Source: a virus
Taxonomy: Duplodnaviria; Caudoviricetes
Virus record (IMG/VR): IMGVR_UViG_3300025658_000009
Coordinates: 1-30,869 of that record
Strand: one strand, 5' to 3'
DNA: 30,869 nt
Shown here: one piece after another, positions 10,501 through 19,339 of the stretch
Position numbering within the stretch: the first letter of the stretch is position 1
How the letters are laid out: every line of letters begins with the position of its first letter
Made by a program: the position numbers and the translations under genes
Notes under the pieces: generated by a model
What the model saw: only the letters and a program-made list of their open reading frames with translations
Told to the model about the DNA's origin: nothing
Databases searched by the model: none

Positions 10501-13500
10501 CGGCTCACCTGCACCTACTGGGACTTATATTTCAGGACAACTTGATGACGGTAATTTAGTTACTATTTGGAATTCAAGCCAAACTTGGCAAACTAATAGG
10601 CAAGCAGGCGGCGGCTCAGGCGGCACAAACGGAAGATTTTCAGGTTACGGGTCTTATTGGGCAAGTAACATTCAAGGTTCTGGAACAGCCGGAGGCGGAG
10701 GCGGCGGCGGCATAGGCGGCTTCTCCGGCGGTGATGCTTATATAACTAATTACGGTTGGTTCGGATTTCAATCCTTTGGACAGCAAGCAGGAGGCCCAGG
10801 AGGCGATGGCGAAATAACTATAGCCTTTACTGATGATATCCCAGTGTTTCCTAACGGTGTCGGTGTCGATGATTTGGGAACACATATTGTTAATGAAGGC
10901 GACGATATTACAGTGACTTTTGAAGTAGCACCTAGTGTATCTAACGGAACACAGTTTTATTGGAAATTTGACCCAGTACCGGCAGCAAACGTAAATGCTG
11001 TGTACAATGACTTTCCGTCTAATAATGGTACTGTAACAATTGACACACAGAACGCAAACAATTCTTCGGTTACATTTACAATAGGAAGCACTGCTGACTT
11101 TTATCCAGAAGGATTTGAAACTTACCAAGTAAAAATTTATGATTCTTCTTCTGAAAATATTTTATATGCCGAAAGCGATACAATTACGTATCTCAATTCT
11201 TCTAGCGCAAATATTAATATATCGATTTCAGGAGGGTACCCAACAATTGACGGTATAACGTATATTGCCGAAGGTGATATTACTACGCTTACGTTATCGC
11301 AAACAGGAACAGCAGGATTAACATCTGGCTACGAAATTCCCTATCAATTTTTATCACTTAATAATTCAAGCTTAATTGCTGGCACATTAGGATTATCAGG
11401 TAACTTTGTTATTGGAACTGCTGAATCTAAAACATTATCATTTACTGCTAATGCAGTCGGAGGTCAATATAGTTGGCAAAGCAATTTTATAGATGACGTG
11501 TTTGATGGATATTTATTCGAGGTCATTGATAAAACTACAGTTCTTACTGAATTAAATGCAAAAACGTCAGTATACGAAGGTGAATCAATCACTGTAAGTT
11601 TTTACCAGTCGGGTGTTTTCGGTAGTATCAGCACATTACCGGTTCAAATCTCTGGAACTAATATTACACCTTCGGATTTTGTAAGCGGAGTTAATGCAGC
11701 AGACGGAACATATCCATATACTCATGCAATTATAAATGTAACAGGTGATTATACTGGCAGAGCAGGGTCAATAACTTTAGAAACTTCTTATGACACATTG
11801 TCAGCAGAGAATACCGAAACAGTAACATTTGAATTAACAACTGGTGAATCTTTTTCAGTTGATATATTAAAACGTGTATATACACTATCAGCATCATCGA
11901 CTAATATTAACGAAGGTGATACTCTTACTATTAGTTTAGCAACCACTGGTGTAGCATCAGGAGAAACAATACCATATAGAATTACAGGAGTTCAGTCATC
12001 TGATATTAATAATGTAAGTTTAACTGGTAATTTTGTAGAAGGATCAGACGTATCGAGAACGTACAATATACTAAATGACTTTACTACTGAAGGTACCGAA
12101 ACAATGGTATTTGAGATAGGACCAGTTGGCGATCCTCATGACAGTATCAGCATTACAATTAATGATACCAGTGTTGAAACATATACTCTAAGTGCTACTG
12201 ACACAGCTATTACTGAATACGGTAATACAACTATAACTTTAACTACTCAGGGTGTACCAAACGGAACTAATCTTCCTTACACGATTACTGGAATACAGAG
12301 TGGTGACATTACACAAACGTTGACTGGAAATTTTACTATTAATAGTAATACCGATGAGTTGCTAATTGAACCTATATTTGATAATAGCATTGACGGACCT
12401 GAAACATTAACACTATCTTTAGATAACGGTAAAGATTCGATTGATATTACAATAAATGAACCAACATTTAGTTTAACTAGAAGTGCATCAACTATTAACG
12501 AAGGCGGCAGTGTAACAATTACTTTAACTACTACCGGAGTACCAGATGGTACTAATATTCCTTATACAGTTTCCGGTGTCACAGCAGATGATTTTTCTTC
12601 CGGATCACTTACAGGAAACTTTACAGTTAACTCCAGTACAAGTAGTGCTTCGTGGACCCTTGCAAATGATGTAAAATACGAAGGAACTGAAACAATGACT
12701 GTTTCAGTTTATCATAACGAATCTATCTCTGTTACAGTGAATGATACAAGTACGCAGATATATACTCTAACAAAAAGTCAATCTAATATGTTTGCTGGCG
12801 AAACTATTACGTATAGTTTAGAGATGTATGGTCTTCCAGCTAGCGGAACTGTTGGCTGGGATATATCTAACGTTTCTGGCAATATTACTTCTTCAGACTT
12901 TGTAGGATCTCCGTCATTGTCAGGCAACTTTGTATCAAGCGGAACTTCTACTAATACTGATACAGTTTCTTTTACAGCAGCGTATGATTTAGAGATCACT
13001 AACGACACCTTTAGTTTTTCTGTCGATGCTGCTGCATCAGATGGCTCACCAACAAATACTTCTGTAACAAACGATACCATTTATGGAGCACAGATTATTC
13101 TCACTGAATCATCTGACGATTATAGTAAAAACGAAGGCGATCAAATTATTGTAAAGTTAAGAACACTTGGTATACCTAATGGAACACTAGTTCCTTACAC
13201 AATTACAGGAGTAAGTAGTGCAGATCTTTCTGGCTCAAGCTTAACAGGCAACTTTGTTGTTAGCACTTCTGATGTATCAAGTTACACTGACCATCTTAAA
13301 TATTTTACTGTAGCAAACGATGTTACTACAGAAGGTAACGAGACAATGACATTTGCACTTAACGAGTATTCTACTTCTATAGATATAACTATTGTTGATA
13401 CTAGTGTACAAGTGGTTAATTATAACAGCGGCAACCTAGCATATATAAACAACAAAGAAGCTAACGCTACGCTTGATTATGATATAACAACTATAGGCTA

Positions 13501-15262
13501 TCCAAACGGTACATATAATTGGTCATTGAGTGGAGTTAGTGGTGCATCTACTACAGGCTGGGTAGCAACTAGTGGTACCTTTACAATTACTAACGGAGCT
13601 GGCACTATAAGTTTGCAACATAACTGGAGCCAAGCTAATATGTCTGCTACTGATAGAGATTACACTATCTCTATGACTGAAGACGTGGATAGTGGTTCAG
13701 GTACCATACAATTGGCATCAAATTCCTTTAGTCCGTCGGTTAGCAGTATATATAACGAAACTACAAATAAAACTGTTACTATTGAAGTCTCGTCAACAAA
13801 CACTCCGATAGGGGCAACAGTTGACTGGGCTATTACATCTCCTCAAAGCGACTTTACTGGGCCTACAAGTGGCACTGTAACTCTTACTACAACAGTTGGA
13901 AATAACCCGTTCGGTAGTGTTACTACGACAATTTCAGAAGACTATGTACTCGAAGGTACAGAAACTAAATTAGTCCAACTTAGTAGCAGTAATGCTATTG
14001 GATATGCTGCCAGTTTCCTAATCTATGATACAAGTATTCCTTCGGTACACACTATTACAGGCCCCAGCAGCAACCCCATAAATCAAGGCGCAAGTGTAAC
14101 TATAACTCTTACAGGGAATGGTATACCAGATGGCACTGAGATTTATTTTGAATTAATTGGTAGCACTGCTGAAATCAATACTGATTTTACTGTCACCGGT
14201 GACGTAGGTACAAATTCTATTTTACAAAACAGTGTTACTGATGCGCCACACTATGGATACATAGAGATGAACAATAATACCGGATCAGTAACTATCAATG
14301 CCCAAACCGTAAATACTCAAAGATTATGGGCAATTGACAGCACCAGTACTCCAAGAATTCATAGATGGCGGATTGACGACAACTTATCTACCTTTGATTA
14401 TGAAAGAACTGAAACCTCTATATCAGGGCTTGGCAGCTCTGCTATTGAAACTTTAAATTTTGGTAATAATGGTCAATATATGTATGTTAATAACAGTTCA
14501 ACTGATAGGCTATATCGATTTAGTTTATCAGAGGGATATCACGTAGATACTAGGTCATCTGCTAATGTAACATATTCTAACCGCGGAACCATCATCAGCG
14601 CAGGATCGGCTATTACTGGAGCTTGGATGAATACCAACGGCACAAATTGGTATATAGTTGATACTCATAATGATTATTTATTTGAGTATTCATGGCCAAG
14701 TAATGGAGTACCGAGCGTTTACAGACCAGACTTACGATATGCAACTAGTAGTAGCAATAAACTGTTATCTGGTCAAAATATTGTAACTATTCAAGACATG
14801 GATATAAAAAGTAATGCTACAAAGATGTGGGTATTGGTTTTTTGTAATTCTAGTGCGCCTAACGGATCAGGACAGTATATACAAGAATGGTCAGGTACTG
14901 GGTATAACCCTAGTACATGGACATTTCAGAATACTTATAAGATTCCTGTATCTAATAACTTATGGGAAGGTTTAATAGTGAATTCCGCCGGAACTAAATT
15001 TTATCTTTCAGGATACGGAAAAATAGCAGCGTTTTCATGTTCAACAGCTTGGGATATTACAACAGCATCGCATATAACTACAAAAGATGCGCTTCAGACT
15101 TCTAAATATCATCCTGGTATTGCTATTGGTGATCCACCTACCTGTACAGTAAAATTTGTTATTAAAGGCGGCACTTCGAGTAACGTTAACAGTAGTGTAA
15201 ATGACAACGGTGATTGGGCAATCAATACCGATACGGAATTTAATATTACTATTAATAATTAA
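7529..15262 (+). CDS. Giant putative fibre-tip adhesin / receptor-binding protein (two glycine-rich domains, about 13 Ig/Calx-beta-like repeats, C-terminal beta-propeller)
   Basis: 2577-aa ORF coupled to the fibre gene by a TAATG overlap. It starts with SGTVSLGDLQTEFGG...EYYRG...VPTAGTIKLSDFYG, an N-terminal motif I associate with genes following S74 fibres. Gly-rich blocks lie at about 7830-8580 and 9390-10830. Repeats have the form INEGxxxTITLTTTGVPDGTxIPYTITGV...EGxETMT. Propeller-like blades (GTKFYL...STAWDITTA) lie at about 14320-15130. Confidence 0.75.
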   Translation: MGIVNSGTVSLGDLQTEFGGTPPTEMEEYYRGNEVPDALENQNVPTAGTIKLSDFYGSQNITYLLSLSFDTTPTSVVIGSVQLQQGYNSSANTLLPNYVNKVSVVVVGAGGGGAAAKGTSGGYVNSNAPGGGGGALAWANDISVSNSISYYVSVGAGGARGVYNRNNSGSTIGSPGGSSSINWTGRGTLIARGGDGGGASGYTNMSGDGGTFTAPGTTNTAGGGEGGDGGAYTAGGGGGAGGYTARGGASNQPGLSGGGGSGGGGTRSGTGPPFSGYGGRGGSTGTQGKGNEGAGGTYATGSTSVGGQGGSGSSQGGPAGGGGGQGVLRCYNCGTGYGGGNGSNGAARIMYTGFNTNVDTSTGADFTNVPVRSFPNNAADAYANIYRDGYSEGTTVTGTVTTTSINDGTVLTWDVVFVQGVQSANDLSAYSGTVTINNNTGSFTFDIGEDFVLETAQEEIKVRLKLADGTTVVKESETFVIVDTSTPEIEITNMPATVVEGTTLDVEVTTRGFASGTVITYAFSGITTDDVSSGSLTGSVTHTVTGLQYENVHTISLGIAQDWSVSNNNIENETITFSITNNVTTVLNNNQTTTVNDLYYNIIIDSSSSTGADNTYIETHTTSGTYTVPSGVNTMSVAMVGGGGGGSAGRQSSGSGYGGAGGGLVWMNSIPVTTGDTIAWTVGSGGQGETFSGPQPYKTHNYGGTNSATPYNSYMSAATQANLSGPNAGGDTFITTSSNSAATHTFTITESSNGSFTYTYSANSIFGFAPTTLRVKEVKAHGDLSSSIEYVTWTALPSAYQNIFETGGTDSGVSQVWYTDTTGHDITSAVLSGDTVTLSFTVPTSVNLTPPGAQGFWHLEIEIEATTSSSNQEIARAQGGAASTAVGSGGSYNITSAFQNLPHGGGKGKDGTASGGSGRSDRFPGGGGGAAGYYGNPNVASNTDVGGGGYGGRGMGQIYAPDAYTYVYRTDIRGSGGGGVSTKGIGTTGSAGSPAPTGTYISGQLDDGNLVTIWNSSQTWQTNRQAGGGSGGTNGRFSGYGSYWASNIQGSGTAGGGGGGGIGGFSGGDAYITNYGWFGFQSFGQQAGGPGGDGEITIAFTDDIPVFPNGVGVDDLGTHIVNEGDDITVTFEVAPSVSNGTQFYWKFDPVPAANVNAVYNDFPSNNGTVTIDTQNANNSSVTFTIGSTADFYPEGFETYQVKIYDSSSENILYAESDTITYLNSSSANINISISGGYPTIDGITYIAEGDITTLTLSQTGTAGLTSGYEIPYQFLSLNNSSLIAGTLGLSGNFVIGTAESKTLSFTANAVGGQYSWQSNFIDDVFDGYLFEVIDKTTVLTELNAKTSVYEGESITVSFYQSGVFGSISTLPVQISGTNITPSDFVSGVNAADGTYPYTHAIINVTGDYTGRAGSITLETSYDTLSAENTETVTFELTTGESFSVDILKRVYTLSASSTNINEGDTLTISLATTGVASGETIPYRITGVQSSDINNVSLTGNFVEGSDVSRTYNILNDFTTEGTETMVFEIGPVGDPHDSISITINDTSVETYTLSATDTAITEYGNTTITLTTQGVPNGTNLPYTITGIQSGDITQTLTGNFTINSNTDELLIEPIFDNSIDGPETLTLSLDNGKDSIDITINEPTFSLTRSASTINEGGSVTITLTTTGVPDGTNIPYTVSGVTADDFSSGSLTGNFTVNSSTSSASWTLANDVKYEGTETMTVSVYHNESISVTVNDTSTQIYTLTKSQSNMFAGETITYSLEMYGLPASGTVGWDISNVSGNITSSDFVGSPSLSGNFVSSGTSTNTDTVSFTAAYDLEITNDTFSFSVDAAASDGSPTNTSVTNDTIYGAQIILTESSDDYSKNEGDQIIVKLRTLGIPNGTLVPYTITGVSSADLSGSSLTGNFVVSTSDVSSYTDHLKYFTVANDVTTEGNETMTFALNEYSTSIDITIVDTSVQVVNYNSGNLAYINNKEANATLDYDITTIGYPNGTYNWSLSGVSGASTTGWVATSGTFTITNGAGTISLQHNWSQANMSATDRDYTISMTEDVDSGSGTIQLASNSFSPSVSSIYNETTNKTVTIEVSSTNTPIGATVDWAITSPQSDFTGPTSGTVTLTTTVGNNPFGSVTTTISEDYVLEGTETKLVQLSSSNAIGYAASFLIYDTSIPSVHTITGPSSNPINQGASVTITLTGNGIPDGTEIYFELIGSTAEINTDFTVTGDVGTNSILQNSVTDAPHYGYIEMNNNTGSVTINAQTVNTQRLWAIDSTSTPRIHRWRIDDNLSTFDYERTETSISGLGSSAIETLNFGNNGQYMYVNNSSTDRLYRFSLSEGYHVDTRSSANVTYSNRGTIISAGSAITGAWMNTNGTNWYIVDTHNDYLFEYSWPSNGVPSVYRPDLRYATSSSNKLLSGQNIVTIQDMDIKSNATKMWVLVFCNSSAPNGSGQYIQEWSGTGYNPSTWTFQNTYKIPVSNNLWEGLIVNSAGTKFYLSGYGKIAAFSCSTAWDITTASHITTKDALQTSKYHPGIAIGDPPTCTVKFVIKGGTSSNVNSSVNDNGDWAINTDTEFNITINN

Positions 15263-15690
15263 AATAAATCAGCTATTTCGAAAATTGTTTCTAACTTAGT
15301 TCTATTTGTTTTAGAGTTAAGAGTATTACGCAGTCCTTGATGTAACGGCTTTGGCCAATTATTATAACCAACCCATGCATATCCGTCATGTTCGCTATTT
15401 AATTGTGGAATAAATTCTTCGTTAATTAAACACAAATATGTGTGGAATTGAAATTTCTCATCTGATGATATAAAAGTTTCTAATGGAATAGTTTTTATAA
15501 TTTCAGGTAGTGCGCCTACTTCTTCGATAATTTCTCTTTGTAAGCCTTCCCACGGTGTTTCTTTATTTTCGTTAGTACCTCCTACAATACCCCATTGGTT
15601 ATTGCGTTTACCATTTTTTCTATAAAGCAGTAAAAATCGTTTTGTGTTTAACGTATAAAAAAGAGCACCACTACAAATTATCTCAGACAT
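15259..15690 (-). CDS. Nudix hydrolase (143 aa)
   Basis: The Nudix box G-TNENK-E-TPWEGLQ-REIIEEVG matches GX5EX7REUXEEXG, with upstream FLLLYR...WGIVGG and C-terminal EHDGYAWV. The start is placed at ATG 15690 (MSEIICSGAL), which avoids overlap with gp15. Confidence 0.9.
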   Translation of the reverse strand: MSEIICSGALFYTLNTKRFLLLYRKNGKRNNQWGIVGGTNENKETPWEGLQREIIEEVGALPEIIKTIPLETFISSDEKFQFHTYLCLINEEFIPQLNSEHDGYAWVGYNNWPKPLHQGLRNTLNSKTNRTKLETIFEIADLF

Positions 15691-15698
15691 AAAAGTAA

Positions 15699-17123
15699 TT
15701 AGTCTTCGAGCTGTATTCTCCAAGTGCCTACTGGATATTCACCGTCAATGCTTAGTAACCAATTACTATCGCTATATCTATATTGCACACTTGTATTTAG
15801 ATTTGTAGTATATGTAGTTGTAGTTGCTTCGCTTGCGTCAAACACAATATGCCATTTAGCACCATCCCATTCAACAATGTCATTTGCACTTGCTACGAAG
15901 TTAGTATTATCAGTATTACGCCAAGCAGCTGGTCCTTCAACTGAGTCAGCATTTCCGACATCATCTAAAAGCAATAGGCGTGTGCCTGCAATTTTAATTG
16001 TAGTAGGATTAAAAGTTAACGGATCAATAATGTAATCTATACTCGTTCTGTCACCCGTAGGACCTGTAATAATTGTATCTTGCGGAAAACTATCCATGTC
16101 CCAATTAATTGATATCATACTATCATCTAGCGGATTTAAACTAAATGTACCAGTAACAATAGATGATGAGTTTTTGTTATTAACAAATACTTTGCTTAGA
16201 CCTGCTTGGAACATACCAGGAGATGACTCGATAATATCTCTCCAACTTATGCCACCTACAACTCCACGTCTAATAATTTTAGCAGATGCGCCTTCAACAT
16301 ATACAGGATAGTTTAGATAGTTAACGTTTGCCATTTGATCTGTTGATTCTGTTACAGCCTTACGTCCGTGTTCATTTTCTGTAACACCGGCAGTGATACT
16401 ATCATCGTATGCATTAGTTTGTGGACGGGTAATACCTTCTTCGATGTTACCTGATTCTTCGTCAAATAAACTAGTAATAATATTTTGTATTACACCTAAG
16501 CGTTTTACTTTAGTCGGAGGCGAAATATAAATCGGAATCTTAAAACCTAACGTAGCAATATCAATTTCAGTTTCTAAACCCATAGGAACAGTTCTGTTTG
16601 TCCAGTTAATGTTTTCTAATTCAAGTGTAGTAATACTTGTCCAGTCTACAAAGTTATCTGTTGTTTGCAATTCAAGAGTAGGATTAAACCAAACACCAAC
16701 TTGCTCAATAATTTGTAATTTTTGATCTGTATTTGATGTCCACACATCTACGTTTGCTCTTAACATATACGGAGCAGGCATAAGACGTTCTACTGTGTAA
16801 TTTTTACCCTGTGTATTAAGATAGCTACCAGTATCAGTATCATACTCACGTTCTTTTAAATTTAGTTTATCAATAAACGTAGCATCTTGTGTACGATCTC
16901 TATCTTGTTCTAATCCGGTAATGTACACACTCATTCTAGGCGCACTTGGTAATTTATTCTCTGAATTATCTTTAATAAGATGCGCAACTTGTCTTGATAA
17001 ATCGCCATACATAACCGGGACTGTTTTAATTGTACCGTCGCCGTACTTAACAGGAAAATTACTCATTAGGCGCATTAATTGCGTTACGTAACGTCTTATC
17101 TGTCCATCATAAAAAAATTGCAT
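15699..17123 (-). CDS. gp15: Tail terminator / sheath stabiliser, T4 gp15-like, with C-terminal extension (474 aa)
   Basis: The N-terminus MQFFYDGQIRRYVTQ...VPVMYG...LPSAPRMSVYITGLEQDRDR...PAPYML...QIIEQVGVWFNP resembles gp15-family motifs. It is coupled to gp14 by a TAATG overlap. Confidence 0.75.
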   Translation of the reverse strand: MQFFYDGQIRRYVTQLMRLMSNFPVKYGDGTIKTVPVMYGDLSRQVAHLIKDNSENKLPSAPRMSVYITGLEQDRDRTQDATFIDKLNLKEREYDTDTGSYLNTQGKNYTVERLMPAPYMLRANVDVWTSNTDQKLQIIEQVGVWFNPTLELQTTDNFVDWTSITTLELENINWTNRTVPMGLETEIDIATLGFKIPIYISPPTKVKRLGVIQNIITSLFDEESGNIEEGITRPQTNAYDDSITAGVTENEHGRKAVTESTDQMANVNYLNYPVYVEGASAKIIRRGVVGGISWRDIIESSPGMFQAGLSKVFVNNKNSSSIVTGTFSLNPLDDSMISINWDMDSFPQDTIITGPTGDRTSIDYIIDPLTFNPTTIKIAGTRLLLLDDVGNADSVEGPAAWRNTDNTNFVASANDIVEWDGAKWHIVFDASEATTTTYTTNLNTSVQYRYSDSNWLLSIDGEYPVGTWRIQLED

Positions 17124-18265
17124 TAATTATCCGCCTTTGGTCTAAGTGCTTTAGATAAGCTTTGTCTTTCTTCAACTGCTTCGCCGCCGATCTGACTTTG
17201 CTTTGTGTTGTTAATAAACCCTGCTTTTTGCGTTTGTCTGTTGTTGTTATTCGTTAGTGTCTCACGTAAATTGTCTTCTACCTTAAGCCAGCGTGATCCG
17301 TCATATCTGAATAATCTATTAGGTAAAAAGTCAGTACGTAAAAAGTAATCACCAATTTCGTTTGTTGTAGGAAACTGTATACCATTACCAAATACATTAC
17401 CTACTGGAGGCTCACCGTCACCATAGTTAACAAGATACCCACTGTATCCTTCTCTACCTTCGACACTGTTTATAATTTCGCTTGTGAGGTTTTCTCCGTC
17501 AATTTCTTCCAGGGCAACTGTTCCGTCTTCTTTGCGCTCTACAGTATAGAAGTGACTGGTTTCGTATCCAGACAAAGGAGCATCAACTTCTGCTTGTGCA
17601 ATCACAGCATTATTAATTTGCATTTCTTTATCGTAGGTACTAAGTACATCACGTAATGTAGTATCAGATTCTTCATCGGCTGGTAAGTCTAAAATATCTT
17701 TATATTCTTGACCATCGTAAATTTGTTTTAGTTTTAGCCTGTATAAATGCGGATACCAAGTATGGCTAAATCCTTCACTTGCACGACTCACATCTTCGAT
17801 AACATAAAAGCGTTTAAGAGCAACTGATGCATCATTTAGTGCATGTTCATCTTTAAGATGCGGTAATTCAACTACATCACCTGCCAATGGTTTACGTCCA
17901 ATAGTCTTCACAATGCTATTAATATGTACAGTCATAAACAATGTATCGTTTGATAAAAACAATCCAAATTGACTTAGATCAAAGTCTATATCTTGTACAT
18001 TATAGATAGCTCTATGCGTATATACATCTACGTCATACTTTCTATCTCTATTTTCTAAAAATAGTAAGTCCTGTATGTTAGTAGGATTTAATTCATCGTA
18101 CTGTGGTTGCACAGCATCGGCTTCACCTTCTGGTAAATTACCAGATCCTAAGTATTTGTGGATGTGTATATCAGTACCACCTACAGTAAACATCTCCGCG
18201 ATTTGTTTGTCAAGGAAATGAAAATCATTTGTTTTTTCGGGTTTATATAAAGACAGTCTTGGCAT
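17123..18265 (-). CDS. gp14: Neck / head-closure protein, T4 gp14-like (380 aa)
   Basis: LSQFGLFLSNDTLFMTVH...KPLAGDVVELP resembles the gp14 family, and the gene sits between gp13 and gp15. The start at ATG 18265 (MPRLSLY) is preferred because it lies 5 nt after an ATAAATA motif, which overlaps the alternative ATG at 18271. Confidence 0.7.
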   Translation of the reverse strand: MPRLSLYKPEKTNDFHFLDKQIAEMFTVGGTDIHIHKYLGSGNLPEGEADAVQPQYDELNPTNIQDLLFLENRDRKYDVDVYTHRAIYNVQDIDFDLSQFGLFLSNDTLFMTVHINSIVKTIGRKPLAGDVVELPHLKDEHALNDASVALKRFYVIEDVSRASEGFSHTWYPHLYRLKLKQIYDGQEYKDILDLPADEESDTTLRDVLSTYDKEMQINNAVIAQAEVDAPLSGYETSHFYTVERKEDGTVALEEIDGENLTSEIINSVEGREGYSGYLVNYGDGEPPVGNVFGNGIQFPTTNEIGDYFLRTDFLPNRLFRYDGSRWLKVEDNLRETLTNNNNRQTQKAGFINNTKQSQIGGEAVEERQSLSKALRPKADN

Positions 18266-18270
18266 ATACA

Positions 18271-18291
18271 TATTTATCCGTAGGATAAATA
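18271..18291. promoter_or_regulatory. Back-to-back divergent T4-type late promoters forming an inverted repeat, TATTTATCC-GTA-GGATAAATA
   Basis: ATAAATA lies on the minus strand at 18271-18277 (toward gp14) and on the plus strand at 18285-18291 (toward gp13). It resembles the T4 gp55 consensus TATAAATA. Confidence 0.75.
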
Positions 18292-18307
18292 CTATTGGAG
18301 AACTGAA

Positions 18308-19066
18308 ATGTCTAATTTATCAACACAAAAACAAGAAGTCTTTGACTATGTAGCTGCTTTCTTAGGAGGCGGTATGGTTGACGTAGAGCTCGATCCTATA
18401 CACTACGAAACAGCACTTACAAAGGCGTTGACAAGATTTAGACAGCGTTCAGATAATTCAGTTGAAGAATCATATATGTTTATGCCTACAATTGTAGATC
18501 AAAACGTTTATACACTACCACAAGAAGTTATTGAAGTAAGACAGATATTTCGCAGAACTGTAGGTGCTAGAACACAAGGCGGAACTGGTGGATCAATGTA
18601 CGAACCGTTTAATTTAGCATACACAAATGCTTACTTGTTGTCAGCAAGTAAAATGGGCGGACTAGCAACATATGATATGTTTAGTCAGTACCAAGAATTA
18701 GTAGGTAGAATGTTTGGATCACATATTGAATTTAAATGGAACACAGCAACAAAAAAATTAACTATTCTACAAAGACCACATGCTGAAGAAAACTTAATGT
18801 TATTTTGTTATAATTATAGACCAGACGAAGAATTATTAAACGATTATCTTACAAAGCAGTGGATTAAAGATTATACTTTAGCTAACTGTAAATATATGCT
18901 AGGCGAAGCACGATCAAAGTTTGCTACTATTGCTGGGCCACAAGGTGGTTCTACCTTAAACGGAGATACGCTTAAGGCAGAAGCACAAAGTGAAATGGAC
19001 AAGTTAGAGCAAGAAGTTTCACAGCAAGTAGCAGGCGGAGCCGGCTACAGTTTTCTTATTGGTTAA
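18308..19066 (+). CDS. gp13: Neck protein, T4 gp13-like (252 aa)
   Basis: LGGGMVDVELD at the N-terminus and WIKDYTLANCKYMLGEARSKFATIAGPQGGSTLNG...LEQE...FLIG at the C-terminus are typical of gp13. A GGAG Shine-Dalgarno lies upstream. Confidence 0.85.
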   Translation: MSNLSTQKQEVFDYVAAFLGGGMVDVELDPIHYETALTKALTRFRQRSDNSVEESYMFMPTIVDQNVYTLPQEVIEVRQIFRRTVGARTQGGTGGSMYEPFNLAYTNAYLLSASKMGGLATYDMFSQYQELVGRMFGSHIEFKWNTATKKLTILQRPHAEENLMLFCYNYRPDEELLNDYLTKQWIKDYTLANCKYMLGEARSKFATIAGPQGGSTLNGDTLKAEAQSEMDKLEQEVSQQVAGGAGYSFLIG

Positions 19067-19338
19067 AGATCGTTGTCGTGTATATGCAACTGGATAAGTG
19101 CATAGTGTAACACCTTCATTAAATCTTTACGTGCATCGTCCTTACTGCCTTTACGACCGTATCTATTTGAATACTTGTCAACATTGCCCATACAGAACCC
19201 AGTTCCGTGCCCACGCTCGATAATTACCTCAGTTGACTGAAATTTATTTTGCGCATAATGGCCTTTGTATGTAGAGTCAATGTATTCTTGAAACTCTTCA
19301 ATTAGTTCTCGTTCGTTAAATTTATAATCAATAGCCAT
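19063..19338 (-). CDS. DUF3310-family protein (SaV-like / T7 gp1.7-like putative nucleotide kinase)
   Basis: The pattern HY...GFCMGNVDKYxxRYGRKG...DLMKVLHY matches DUF3310. Confidence 0.75.
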   Translation of the reverse strand: MAIDYKFNERELIEEFQEYIDSTYKGHYAQNKFQSTEVIIERGHGTGFCMGNVDKYSNRYGRKGSKDDARKDLMKVLHYALIQLHIHDNDL

Positions 19339-19339
19339 G

